DNA of 63,599 nt, counting the filler, from Octopus bimaculoides (taxonomy: Eukaryota), in NCBI RefSeq assembly GCF_001194135.2. It is 5 parts of 5 records of this genome, joined end to end, with 100 filler letters (N's around TTAATTAATTAA, not from the genome) between each part and the next. Parts side by side here need not be neighbours in the genome. Positions count along the whole stretch, not along the records: positions 1 to 16,672 come from NC_068981.1; positions 16,773 to 31,989 come from NC_068989.1; 3 more parts are not named here. One strand, 5' to 3'. Made by a program: the position numbers and the translations under genes. Below the pieces are notes generated by a model that did no database searches, was not told where the DNA came from, and saw only the letters and a program-made list of their open reading frames with translations. Positions 13,185-24,959 of this stretch are shown here, one piece after another (position 1 is the stretch's first letter; each line of letters starts with the position of its first letter).

Positions 13185-13435
13185 AATTGTTTTAGGTACC
13201 TTTGTAATTATGAGCAGACACAGACACCCTCTTCTTTCACCCACCTTTTGGCCCAGCGTCATATCCAGGATGTGACAGTCAGATGTGAAGGAGAGCTGCA
13301 TCAGGTTTAGGCTGGTGTTCATTTTTAGCTGAGTAGACAGAAACAATGTGAAATGAAATGCCTCGGTTCTGAAATTGAACCTACGACATTTTGATTGTAA
13401 GTTGAAAACCATAATGACAAGGCTATGTGCCTTCA
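13185..13435 (-). mobile_element. Degenerate SINE, family C-related
   Basis: ttttagctgagtagacagaaacaatgtgaaatgaaatg...gaacctacgac...ggctatgtgccttc is a decayed reverse complement of the family C head and core. Confidence 0.55.
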
Positions 13436-13548
13436 AGTTAAATCTATTACGATTACCTATGAAACCCAGTATATGGATGAGACACCATGATATCACCAGA
13501 GTGATTTGGACTGAAAATATCGAAGAGGAAACTAAATATTGTAAAATA

Positions 13549-13772
13549 TATTTCTTTATTGCCGACAAGGGGCTAAACATAGAGGGGACAAATAAGGATA
13601 GACAAAGGGATTAAGTCGATTACATCGACCACAATGCGTAATTTATTTAATCAACCTCGAAAGAATGAAAGGCAAAGTCAACCACGAAGGAATTTGAACT
13701 CAGAACGTAACGGCAGACGAAATACTGCTAGGCATTCGCCCGGCGTGCTAACGATTCTGCCAGCTCACCGCC
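13549..13772 (-). mobile_element. tRNA-derived SINE, family B, near full length
   Basis: The reverse strand runs from ggcggtgagctggcagaatcgttagcacgccgggcgaatgcc to ...ggcaataaagaaata. Confidence 0.9.
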
Positions 13773-14500
13773 CTATTAGCACTATACTGTGATTGCCACA
13801 ACAAGTCCGTCTGATCTTGGTTACTTGTTAGAGAGGTAGTTTGACAGAACTGTTGAGATTCTTAAGCAGAGGTATGTGTATCCTAGGGGTACACATGCGA
13901 AATTACAAGATAGTGGTACGCAAAACTTGTAAAAGCGCTGGAATTTTGAAGTAATCACACTCAGATTTGGCAAATAGTATTTATTTCAAAACCTAGTCAA
14001 ATATTAATGTTTGAATGTCTTGACTTCACTTCCAAGTATCAAAAAACTTAGCTCGTGTGGTACGCTCTACTCGTTTGCCACTGGCCTTGTTTGCATCAGC
14101 ATGGGTTAGTGCTAAAGGCCTATCAATCCAGAGTTATCTAATGAAAATTAAATAAACTTCAAGTTAAATTTTATTTTGTAAGCTATTCCTTTTGTGAATC
14201 GTTAGTTTGGTTATGTTTTTCTAGCTAACTTTTATGTTGGTAGCTTCGCTTGGTTGATAATAATGGATTGAGATGTATTACAATCTGGTTTTAGTGTGTC
14301 TGTACTATATTTATGTACCATATTTAGTTTAGCGTATCTGTGCCATATATTCATATTTGATATACACTTATATAAGGAGCGTGTTTAAATGAATGTATAT
14401 ATTTGTTTGTATAAGAAAATCACACACACACACATACACATATATATAACAAAGTAAAGTTGGGGGGGTTACCGCATGAGTAAAAATTAAGGGAAAAATC

Positions 14501-14963
14501 TGAAAATGCAGGTGTCTTTTAACCGGTTTAATTTATTTGAAAAAATTTTCTAAAGGTAAGAGGCTTTGTGATGAGTCAAAAGATAGTTTACATAAAAACA
14601 TTCAGATTAGGAAATAAAAGTTTTTACAATGATAAGAAGATAAAAATTAGTTTACATTATTATATATCCAAATCAAGTAATAGAGTTCTTGACAAGAAGA
14701 TAAAACGTGTCAGGTTTGTCAGTTAAAGTTTTAGTCTCAGTGTGATCAGAAACCATAATTATTTGCAGCATCTTAAATTGAAAAAAAAAATGTGAGTAGA
14801 GACATAACAGACCGTTTATAGTTCTCGGATATGGCTGTGGGGTCTCGCATCTGGAGACACCACAGAGGATACACAAAGGCACATACTTTACTTTTGAAAA
14901 TCTTTTCAAATAAGTGAAACCGGTTAAATTATTAAACACTTTTAAAAGACACCTGCATTTTCA
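14501..14963. mobile_element. MITE-like element with terminal inverted repeats
   Basis: tgaaaatgcaggtgtctttta (14501-14521) is the exact reverse complement of 14943-14963. An imperfect inner IR continues (accggttt.a.ttatttgaaaa.attttc). Confidence 0.75.
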
Positions 14964-15074
14964 AATTCTTTTATATATATATATAATTATTGAACTCATA
15001 TTTATTAAACAAGGTCATTTGACGTGTTGCTCTGCGTTGAAATAATGAAATAATGCTTTCAATAAGTACTACAT

Positions 15075-15222
15075 CAAATCGCCATTGCGTATAGAGATGT
15101 AGGAGTGCACCATACGTCAGATGTCGAAATGATAGGAGAGCAACGTGAAATGATACTCAAAAACACAACGCGCTGTCTGGTTAGTGAATCGAACCCACAA
15201 TCTAATAATTAGGCCACGCGTC
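15075..15222 (-). mobile_element. Degenerate SINE family C fragment
   Basis: gagagcaacgtgaaatgatactcaaaaacacaacgcgctg...aatcgaacccacaatct. Confidence 0.55.
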
Positions 15223-16580
15223 TTTTATATATTCAGTCACTATAAATGACTTGCTCCATGTAGAAGTAATCACTATAGACAGAGTGTTAAAACAAATAAA
15301 GCACAGAATGGGTGATCCTTTGGAGTATTTATTTTAAAAAGGCCTAACATTAGAAACAATTGTATTTTAGTTTCAATGTTGAGAATAATTGACCAATTCT
15401 TTTTAAAATTTCGTGATGCAACAATTAAAACAATTAAATTTTTTGTCACAGGCATTGATACCAGCAGCCACTTGTGAATTAATGAAAAGCATTTCTGTGT
15501 TACTACACGGTTTCTGCGGCGGTTTTGTCGTATTTCAGACAGCAAGCTTTATCTTTCTACCAGCTAGCTCATCTAAAATTATCTATTTAGACAGAGAATG
15601 AACCTTTGAAGAACTTAGTGATACAGCTTGTATAACGCTTCTAACCATTGTTTAAGAATGAAGAAGTTATCTGCTGGTGGATGTTTTCCATGCTAGGCTT
15701 GGATATTGTTCGGATATGACAAACTAATCTAGTATGTCAATTTAGCCTTACTCTTTTAAATACAACGGTTATTGGATTTCTATAGAACCTCAACAACTGT
15801 AGAATATACGACCAACTAAGGATTTTCCATAATGCAGGACTTTTAGTGAGAATACCAGTGTTTATGGTATATTTTTATTGTCGATGTTTGTACAGTGTTC
15901 CTTTAAGATTATATTCATCCACCATGATGCGTTACGCTTGAAATTTTTCTTTGTATTCGAGTTCTTAGAGCAAAATAATATAACATCTTTCCGAAAATAA
16001 GCACTTTCTCAGAGGTATTTTTCTTTGATACTCTAGTATACATACAGCTTGTAGATTACGTGCATACTTATAGTTAACGATGGCCTGTTAATAGAGCAGC
16101 TTCTGATAACGAATCCATTCACTCAGAGCTTTTGAGTTCACGTTTTAAAGTTATTAATATTCCCTCAAAAGTTTGGAATGTAGAATCCCATTATATTTCC
16201 ATTTTTTTTTTCTTTTTCATAAAATATAGCTTGCGCTGCTTATATTTATTTACAAGTTTTAATGTTTCTGTTTTATTTATTATTATCCACCTGGGTGGCT
16301 TCCGTTTCGGATAATTTCTTTACCACATGCACTGCAGGTATCTCTTAGATGTTCTTTCAAACGATAGCAGCTGCATACAATCATTTATTGTTCGGTAGTT
16401 GCTATCACATATTTTCAGAAAGTCTCAGGTGATTATCATAAATCACTTTTTAACATGAGAGGGTTGATTTTTCATCTCCACATACACATTTTCGTCAAAA
16501 GCATATGCAGTCTAAAGATAACTGAAAGAAAAATTCTCCTCAAACTGGGGTTTAAACAACTACGTATATATATATATATA

Positions 16581-16672
16581 TTCTTTTATTTGTGTCAGTC
16601 ATCTGACTGCGGCCATGCTGGAGCACCGCCTTTAGTTGTGCAAATCGACCCCAGGACTTATTCTTTTCTCAG
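16581..16672 (-). mobile_element. SINE family A 3' end, cut by a gap
   Basis: cagtcatctgactgcggccatgctggagcaccgcc...aaatcgaccccaggacttattc. Confidence 0.85.
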
Positions 16673-16716
16673 NNNNNNNNNNNNNNNNNNNNNNNNNNNN
16701 NNNNNNNNNNNNNNNN

Positions 16717-16728
16717 TTAATTAATTAA
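16717..16728. other. Artificial six-frame-stop spacer TTAATTAATTAA in a 100-bp N gap (also at 32034, 41070 and 55368)
   Basis: An identical palindromic 12-mer is centred in 44N+12+44N blocks four times. It places TAA in all six frames. Confidence 0.95.
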
Positions 16729-16772
16729 NNNNNNNNNNNNNNNNNNNNNNNNNNNNNNNNNNNNNNNNNNNN

Positions 16773-16855
<83 letters not shown>
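16773..16855. repeat. (TAA)n microsatellite, left flank of the R4-like LINE
   Basis: Direct reading. Confidence 0.98.
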
Positions 16856-16856
<1 letters not shown>

Positions 16857-18040
16857 GTAATAAAATCCAAACAATTAATACGTGGGTGGTAACATCACTT
16901 CGGTATGGAGCGGGAATTATAAAATGGCAAAAGAGAGAAATGAAGAAAATGCATACCAAGGCTCCACCCTAAGAGTGACACCAATAATCTGTACTTCTCC
17001 AGAAGAAGGGTGGGAAAGGCTTGATCTATTGCCAGGACTGTATCAAAGCAGAGGAAAACAGCCTAGGGTGGTGTATAAAAATTGCCATGGAGCCACTGTT
17101 GAGACACACAAAGAAGGCCGGCGTCATCAACACTGAAAATTGTGTAACTACAGAAAACTTTAAACAAGAAATGAACAAAAAGAAAAAGAATGCAAGGAAA
17201 AGAAAATGCACGGTCAGTTTGTAAGAGATCTGAACGCCAATACAGATATAGAGGACCGGTGGCTCTGGATGAGGAGGAGTGACCTGAAGATAGAGACAGA
17301 AGCATCCATATGCGCAGCTCAGGAACAAGCGTTAAGGACCAACTATGTGAAGTGCAGAATAGACAACACTCCCGATGCCAACAAATGCAGAATGTGTGGT
17401 GAGAGGGGTGAAGCGGTATGGCACATCGTTAGCGAATACCCGAAATTGGCACAACGTGGATACAAAAGACGCCATGACAATGTGACCAGAATGATCTATT
17501 GGGAGCTCTGTGGAAACCACGGCCTACAAAGAGCAAAGACTTGGTATGAGAAAACTCTAGAAGGACTCATCGAAAATGAGAATTTCAAAATTCTGTGGGA
17601 TGCAATTATCCAGTGCGATCAACCGACCAGACATCGGAAACTGGACATTGTTGTGGAGAATAAAAAAGAAAGAACATGTATGATAACCGACATAGCATGC
17701 ATTGTTGACAACAGGATCAATGTGAAAGAAGAAGAAATAAACAACTATGACGATTTGAAGTGGAAGATACGAAGGTTGTGGTCAGTCAGAAGAGGAGACG
17801 TGATACCAATAGTAATTGGTGCACTTGGAACTATCAGCACTCAACTACCAACACGGCTGAAAAACATTAATGCAAGTGTGAAGGTAGAACACCTACATAA
17901 ATCAGCATTGCTTGGAACTGCAAGAATTCTTCGCAGGGTTCTTGAAGTATGGCCAGTAAACGAGTGTCACCTTAGTCTGCTGGCAGTAGACAGCTGTCAC
18001 TTTCCATCATACCCAGCAAAATAAACCGTGAGGTTTCATA
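16856..18040 (+). mobile_element. 5'-truncated R4/Dong-like non-LTR retrotransposon (post-RT region, CCHC knuckle, restriction-like endonuclease)
   Basis: Starts SNKIQTINTWVVTSLRYGAGIIKW. ORF 17206-18024 has MHGQF, DLKIETEASICAAQEQALRTNY, CRMCGERGEAVWHIVSEY, RHDNV, KLDIVV..K.ERTCMITDIA and VIPIVIGALG...KSALLGTARILRRVL. Flanked by (TAA)n on both sides. Confidence 0.92.
17206..18024 (+). pseudogene. C-terminal ORF fragment of the R4-like element; probably inactive
   Basis: 272-aa open frame. The last Cys of the knuckle appears changed to Tyr and the PD motif reads LD. No RT domain upstream. Confidence 0.8.
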
Positions 18041-18044
18041 TAAC

Positions 18045-18109
<65 letters not shown>

Positions 18110-18110
18110 A
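18041..18110. repeat. (TAA)n microsatellite, right flank of the R4-like LINE
   Basis: Direct reading. Confidence 0.98.
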
Positions 18111-18224
18111 GCAATAAAACCAACCAACAGCAAAAACAGTTGTAAAGATATCGATTTATATAAGCACAAGTATAAGATCACAGATATTGACGAGAATGGG
18201 AGGCAGGAAGACAGATGCAAATAG

Positions 18225-18500
18225 GCCAAACGAATTGAAGGATCTCAAACAAAAATCATGCCCACTCATCGATATCAATCGACATAAATGTAGCTACCAA
18301 AAACTGAGCAAAATATAAAGATCTTTAGCAAAATGTGGAAACTCAAGACCAAAACAATACGGGTTGTCATACGTGCCCTTGTTATTGATAGCAAAAGGAG
18401 CTGATTGTTATCTATCTCAGACATCAGGAAATCCCAAAATGGAAGAATTAAAAAAATAGAGCTCAGGGCAAATGCTCATACCCTATGAAAAATATTCTCT
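18225..18500 (+). mobile_element. Older R4-like LINE 3' remnant (endonuclease C-terminus)
   Basis: Pieces translate to DLKQKSCPLIDI...SKYKDL..KMWKLKTKTIRVVIRAL...IAKGADCYLSQTSGNPKMEEL, parallel to the end of the 17206 ORF. Confidence 0.65.
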
Positions 18501-18668
18501 GATTCCAAAAACATTTTAAGCAGTAAATATTTTCAGAAGTACTTTTAAATGTACATAATAGTACACACCTTTTACTGTCAATTTAAGATTATACTGTCAT
18601 CTTATCAAATTACTTTTAAAATATTTATGGTGTCATATCGCACCTAGCTGTTTATATTGATTTTTAAT

Positions 18669-18799
<131 letters not shown>

Positions 18800-18918
18800 N
18801 NNNNNNNNNNNNNNNNNNNNNNNNNNNNNNNNNNNNNNNNNNNNNNNNNNNNNNNNNNNNNNNNNNNNNNNNNNNNNNNNNNNNNNNNNNNNNNNNNNNN
18901 NNNNNNNNNNNNNNNNNG

Positions 18919-19065
18919 TTAAGTGTACTAACCTATCTACATATCCTTATCTAGATGAAGAAGGGTGAAGGAAGTGGAACGGGTAATTATAACATTGAAG
19001 ACCTTAAAGAATTCATCACCCTTCTTCATCTAGATAAGTGTATGTAGATAGGTTAGTACACTTAA
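18919..19065. repeat. Fold-back (50-bp arms, 47-nt loop) ending in TTAA
   Basis: 18919-18968 versus 19016-19065, 2 mismatches. The left end abuts an N gap. Confidence 0.93.
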
Positions 19066-19942
19066 GTTGTAATTCGCTTAGGTTGACCACTGGCCACTCA
19101 CCACAAGAATATCATGTTTCATGTTTCATGTTTCAAGTCTATTCTGGCATGACACTTCTTATTTACGACCCACCACTGATATAGACAGACACAGCTCATA
19201 CATATCTATCCCTTACGACCTTTAAGATCTCTGTATCTATATCTATTTATCGCTTTATCTTTTTCTTCTACATTTAGATTGTTCCTCACCACCCTTCACC
19301 AACCCATCTAAATAGCTTAGATGTAGCTTAATTGACTGTCCAGTCTTTCTCTTATTACTTCCTAGATTACCCGCCCCACCGATATAACTCCGTTTATTTT
19401 CTTTTTTCTTTTTTTCTTTTTTTCTATTTTTCTTTTTTCTTTTTTATTTTTTATTTTATATTTTATTTTTTATTTTTTATTTTTTTTATTTTAAGTTTTA
19501 TTTTTATTTTTATTTTAAGTTTATTCTTACTTTTTTACATGAATATCTGTGTATGTCTTTTTATTGTATTGTATTGTTCTTAACCACCAACTTAACACTA
19601 CACACTGAATCGTGGCAAGGTATGGAAGGTTTTCGGAGGACCGGAGAGATTATGCCTGGGTGGAGAATTATATGAGATATAGTACTATACAGAATACCGA
19701 AAGGATCTTCACCTCTTACATGACACATTTCTTCCTACTTCAACGCCGAGATGGTATAATTTCCTGGGAGAGAGATAATTTTGCGGCTGAGGATAGCTTT
19801 ACATTGTAAATTATACACATATTATATTATGTTATATTATATTATATTATATTATATTATACACATGTAAAGCTTGAAACACGTGTACCNNNNNNNNNNA
19901 TATATATATATATATAGGAAAATGAATATATATATATATGTT

Positions 19943-21268
19943 CACAAAGACACTCCCTTATTTCACGATATTATGGTATTTAAACTAATTCAAATATATT
20001 GATAAACATGTTGTGCACCGATTCTGTAACAGCAGTTGTTTCATTATTCTCAGGTAATTAGACATCGTTGACCTGAAAACCACAGGGGTGCAAGGAAATC
20101 TAATAATGGCCGTCACTCCCACAACAACACAGCTGGTGTGTATTGGAAAAACAGTGTTGTGGCCGTGCAACGTGCTTTCAGACTCAAGTATCATACGATT
20201 CCACCTACAATTATGTTCATTTGGAAATGGTATAACGATTTAAGTCAGAAAGGGTGCATCTGTGATCAGAGAAAAAGACATTCTGGCCGACCATCAGTCT
20301 CAGGAGAAATTATTGATCGATTTCGAAGAAAATTCTTGCACAGTCCCCAAAGTCAATACGAAGAGCTAGCCGAGAGTTACACCTCCCCCAAAATCACAGT
20401 TTGCAAGATCCTACACAGACACCTAAAGTTTCACACTTACAAGCTGCAAAAAACTCCACCCAAAAGATAATGGAATGTGATTTGAATTTTGTGAGAATAT
20501 CCAGCAATTAATGGAAGATAACGATAACCTGCAGTCAAACATCATTTCCAGTGATGAGGCAATATTTCACTTGAACGATAAAGTCAATAGGCATAACGTA
20601 CAGATATGGGGGTTTGCATATTCGCACACTACCCAGGAAATTGAGTGAGACTCGCCAAAAGTTAATGTGTTTTGTGCCGCATCAGAGAGGACAGTGTAAG
20701 GCCCTTTCTTGTTTGAGGGAAGAACTGTTACTGACCAAATTTACTGGAGATGCTGACCAATTGGATTTTTCCACAACTAGCTGCTAAGTGTGATGTCTAC
20801 CTTTCCAGTAAGATAGCGCTCCACCGCACTAGAATCTCGCTATCAAGAGATTTCACACTGAGCACTTGCTAAACAGATGGATTGGTCGTGCTGGACGAGA
20901 TGATCAGGTGTTCTGCAAGTGACATGAGTGGTCACCAGACCTAACTGCTTGTGACTTCCTTCTTTGGGGTTACGAGAAAAGCACAGTTTGCGTACCACCA
21001 CTACCTGCAATCTTGGAGGAGCTGAAAATTTCGATCACTGAAGCAGTTCGTATGATAACTCCAAATATGTTGCTGAGCGTTTCAACCGAACTGGACTATC
21101 GCATCTATGTTTTCCGAGCAACCAGACGAGCGCACATTGAGTACCTTTAATGCTACCCTCCACCACATGAAACTGAATGAAATCCTGCCCCTGAAGCTAC
21201 TAACTGTGAATGATTATTACAATAAATTTACATGTTACATCTGCTTGAAATCAGAGAGTGTTTTTGTG
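19943..21268 (+). mobile_element. Tc1/mariner-superfamily transposon (DUF4817-type N-terminus, rosa/DD41D-like), near full length, dead
   Basis: TIR cores 19943-19965 and 21246-21268 match at 20/23. The broken ORF from ATG 20106 to TAA 21150 contains GRPSVS, SSDEAIFHL..KVNRHNVQIWG, DSPKVNVFC, DSAPPH, NRWIGR and SPDLTACDFLLWG, with several stops and frameshifts. Confidence 0.9.
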
Positions 21269-21382
21269 CCCCCTGCTTGTATATATGTATGTGTGTGTGT
21301 GTATGTATGTATATGTCTGTTTGTCTGTGTTTGTGTGTGTGTATATATATGTACATATATACATATATATATTTGCATATAT

Positions 21383-21916
21383 GCAGATCGAAAAATACTC
21401 TCACGTACCAATATAGCATAAATCTATATATTTACTGGTACAGATATATATGTGGACCAAGTTCTGGTTTGATACAAAGATCTTACCTTCTTCAACACAT
21501 TTTAACCCTTTGAAACATTTTCCTAATCTACCACATTAATATAATTTTAATTCTTTATCTATATAATGCCAATTTTTAGATCTGCAACCATCTATATTAA
21601 TGTTTCTGCTATCATCAACTATTTATATTGCCTTCGACAATAATAGAAATATTAATATCTTATAAATATTCACTTTCGAATATTTTGCTGCTGATTAGTA
21701 GTTTTCACACTGAGGCTGTCCACATTTTCGTACTAAGGAATTAAGGACGCCAGCAGAGACCAATGTGGCAGATTAGGATAACGTTTCAAAGGGTTAAGAT
21801 GTGCTGAAGAAGGTGAGGTCTTTGTATCAAACCAGAAACCGGTCCACATATATACCTGTACAAGTAAATATATAGCTTTATGCTAAATTGGTATGTGAGA
21901 GACCTTTCCGATCTGC
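21383..21916. repeat. Long fold-back (~155-bp arms, ~85% identity) with internal TTAACCCTT...AAGGGTTAA
   Basis: 21383-21538 versus 21762-21916 are reverse complements. Spacer segment 21543-21692 is repeated directly at 22033-22182. Confidence 0.9.
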
Positions 21917-22193
21917 TAGTATAACGTTGAATCTGTTGTTTTCAGTGTAAAACTTCTTTGTGTGGTCCAAATAAGGGTTTTGACTCTTATTTCTAGCGGG
22001 TAGACATTTTAATGTGTCCGTACGATTAAATTAATTTTAATTCTTTAGTAATTTAATACTATCTTTTGGGCCTGCGACCACCTATATTAGTGTTTCTGTT
22101 ATTATCAACTATTTATTTTGTCTTCGATAATAATAGAAATATTAATATCATATAAACATTCATTTCCGAATATTTTGCTGCTTATACATACAT

Positions 22194-22370
22194 ATGCAGG
22201 GTTGACCAAAAGTCACCTGACAATAAATCAAAACCATATAATTCCCAAATTTCTTTATTTTTAACAACTGAATGAATTTAATAAAAGTATCTAAATATGA
22301 AACATCATGAAAATTGCTCAAACTGAAGACCTTCTTGAGCGATACATTTTTCCAAATGAATGAGTAAAAT
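22194..22370. mobile_element. Possible Tc1-like terminal fragment
   Basis: tgcagggttgaccaaaagtcacctgaca resembles a Tc1 TIR start (TA-CAGGG...). No partner end was found. Confidence 0.3.
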
Positions 22371-23149
22371 TGAATATTAAGTATTTATAGAATCTTGATT
22401 AACAGTCGGTTGACTTTTGACTAACGCTGTATATATNNNNNNNNNNNNNNNNNNNNNNNNNNNNNNNNNNNNNNNNNNNNNNNNNNNNNNNNNNNNNNNN
22501 NNNNNNNNNNNNNNNNNNNNNNNNNNNNNNNNNNNNNNNNNNNNNNNNNNNNNNNNNNNNNNNNNNNNNNNNNNNNNNNNNNNNNNNNNNNNNNNNNNNN
22601 NNNNNNNNNNNNNNNNNNNNNNNNNNNNNNNNNNNNNNNNNNNNNNNNNNNNNNNNNNNNNNNNNNNNNNNNNNNNNNNNNNNNNNNNNNNNNNNNNNNN
22701 NNNNNNNNNNNNNNNNNNNNNNNNNNNNNNNNNNNNNNNNNNNNNNNNNNNNNNNNNNNNNNNNNNNNNNNNNNNNNNNNNNNNNNNNNNNNNNNNNNNN
22801 NNNNNNNNNNNNNNNNNNNTATATATATATATATATATATGCGCACACACGAGTGTATGGTAATGCACTTAGGTGTATGTGTAAATATGTCATACATCAG
22901 ACTTCAGAAGCTTCTCAGATGAGTGGGTCTCCTGTCTACCTGATGCATTAGCTCAGCTCATGTTACGCACTTAAGAGAAACTGTATGCGTTACATGCCTC
23001 ACTCTCGCGACAAATATCTGTGGAGGATCTGTGCCAAAGATTGGTGTTAGTTACGTTAGACTGTGATCAAGTGTCACCATCGACATGAATGTTTTGTTAG
23101 TCCTGTACGTAATCAGGTGACACCATATGCGTGAACATGCCGCTACTTT

Positions 23150-23363
23150 CAACACAGGAACTAACATTACCACTACCACCACCACTACCACCACCATCAC
23201 GACCATCACCATCACCACTACCGCTAGCACAGGGAATAACACCATCACCACTATCACCAATACCACTATCACCAACACCACCACCGTCACCGCCGCGTAA
23301 TATCAACACTATCGCAAACACAATCACTACTCTACTACTGCTGCTGATGCAACAAGCATAGCA

Positions 23364-23412
<49 letters not shown>

Positions 23413-23500
23413 TTACTACTACTACTGCTACTACTACCACTACTACTACTGCTACTGCTACTACTACTACTACTACTACTACTACCACTACTACTACTAT

Positions 23501-23559
<59 letters not shown>

Positions 23560-23630
23560 TTTACTCCTATTACTGCCGCTGCTGCTGCTGTTGTTGCTAC
23601 TGTTGCTACTGCTGCTGCTACTCATTACTA
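23150..23630. repeat. Compound trinucleotide repeat (CCA/TCA)n-(CTA)n-(CTG)n
   Basis: Direct reading; explains the low-complexity ORFs at 23051-23361. Confidence 0.95.
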
Positions 23631-23743
23631 TTACTTCACACATATGCTTGAGAGTCACAGTTTAGCAGAGAATTGGAGGATCCTTTAAACGTACACACAC
23701 ATACACACACATACGCACATGCACATAAACGCATACACACACA

Positions 23744-23781
<38 letters not shown>

Positions 23782-23816
23782 ATATGTATATATATATATA
23801 TATATANNNNNNNNNN

Positions 23817-23874
<58 letters not shown>

Positions 23875-23911
23875 CACACAGATATACATATATATATATA
23901 TACGCATATTT

Positions 23912-23943
<32 letters not shown>

Positions 23944-24707
23944 CACATACACGCACACTCACACACATACACACACACATATATAAGCATATATATACAT
24001 ATATCTATGTACATATACGCGCATATATTACACTGTATCATACAATATTATATATATTACACACGCGTAAACATGTGTGTGTATGTATGTATATATATAT
24101 GTAGTTATGTATTTATGTATGTATATGTATGTATATGTATGTATGTATGTATGTATGTATGCATGTGTGTACGTACTTATGTATATATGTATGTTTATGC
24201 GTATATGTGTTTATGTATATATACATATGTGTGTATGTGTGCGTATGTATGTACATAAATTTCTTTTACAGACGTGTACAGTATTTGTTGTTGTTTACTG
24301 AAATATCAGAAACTTTTTGGCAAAGCTGAGTCGAAACAGTTTTGTTTTGCATTCTCTACGAATTTCTGAAAGCAAAGATTTTGAAGCAAAGAAGAAATAT
24401 TTCCTGGAATGCTCCCTGGCTTTCATTTCAGAAATCAAATTGAAAGATAACATCTATGAGTCCAGCCCTGATTTTACTTGCCCACCGCCATATTTGCAGC
24501 TTATGCTTATAACACTATAACACTACACAATTATCCCTTAGTATCTAATAAAAGACATCCTAGAACTACTCCGCCTCATAACGAAACAATTGACCACCAT
24601 GTTGTAAACAGAATGACTATTTGAGCAATGCGTAGGCAAAATACTGTAGGCTAATAAATTTGACATGATATTCAGGACATATTTCCAAGGCGTCCATATA
24701 TCATATA

Positions 24708-24909
24708 CGAAGGAGCGCTGAAAATTTCCTGGCTTTCGGTAAAAGAAAATACAAGAGGAACAGTTAATTATGATTTTATTCAACATATCCCCCTCTCAAA
24801 TTCGCATACTTATTGCAGAGGTCCTTCAGTTTTTCTAAGTCCTGTGAAAGAACTCAAAAGGTTGGGCCTCTGACCAGGCCTTTCGCGACACTTTTTCAGC
24901 ACTCCCTCG
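24708..24909 (-). mobile_element. Mariner-derived MITE (202 bp) with TA target duplication
   Basis: TA-cgaaggagcgctgaaaa...ttttcagcactccctcg-TA (17/19 IR including TA). The reverse strand carries ttgagagggggatatgttgaataa = LRGGYVE*, a mariner C-terminus. Confidence 0.85.
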
Positions 24910-24959
24910 TATGCATACATATTTCTATTTGTTTTGTTTTTTTTCCAACCAATGCAGTA

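Noticed and set aside
15280-16420. Possible minus-strand DNA transposase
   Set aside because: No DDE motif or TIR could be identified.
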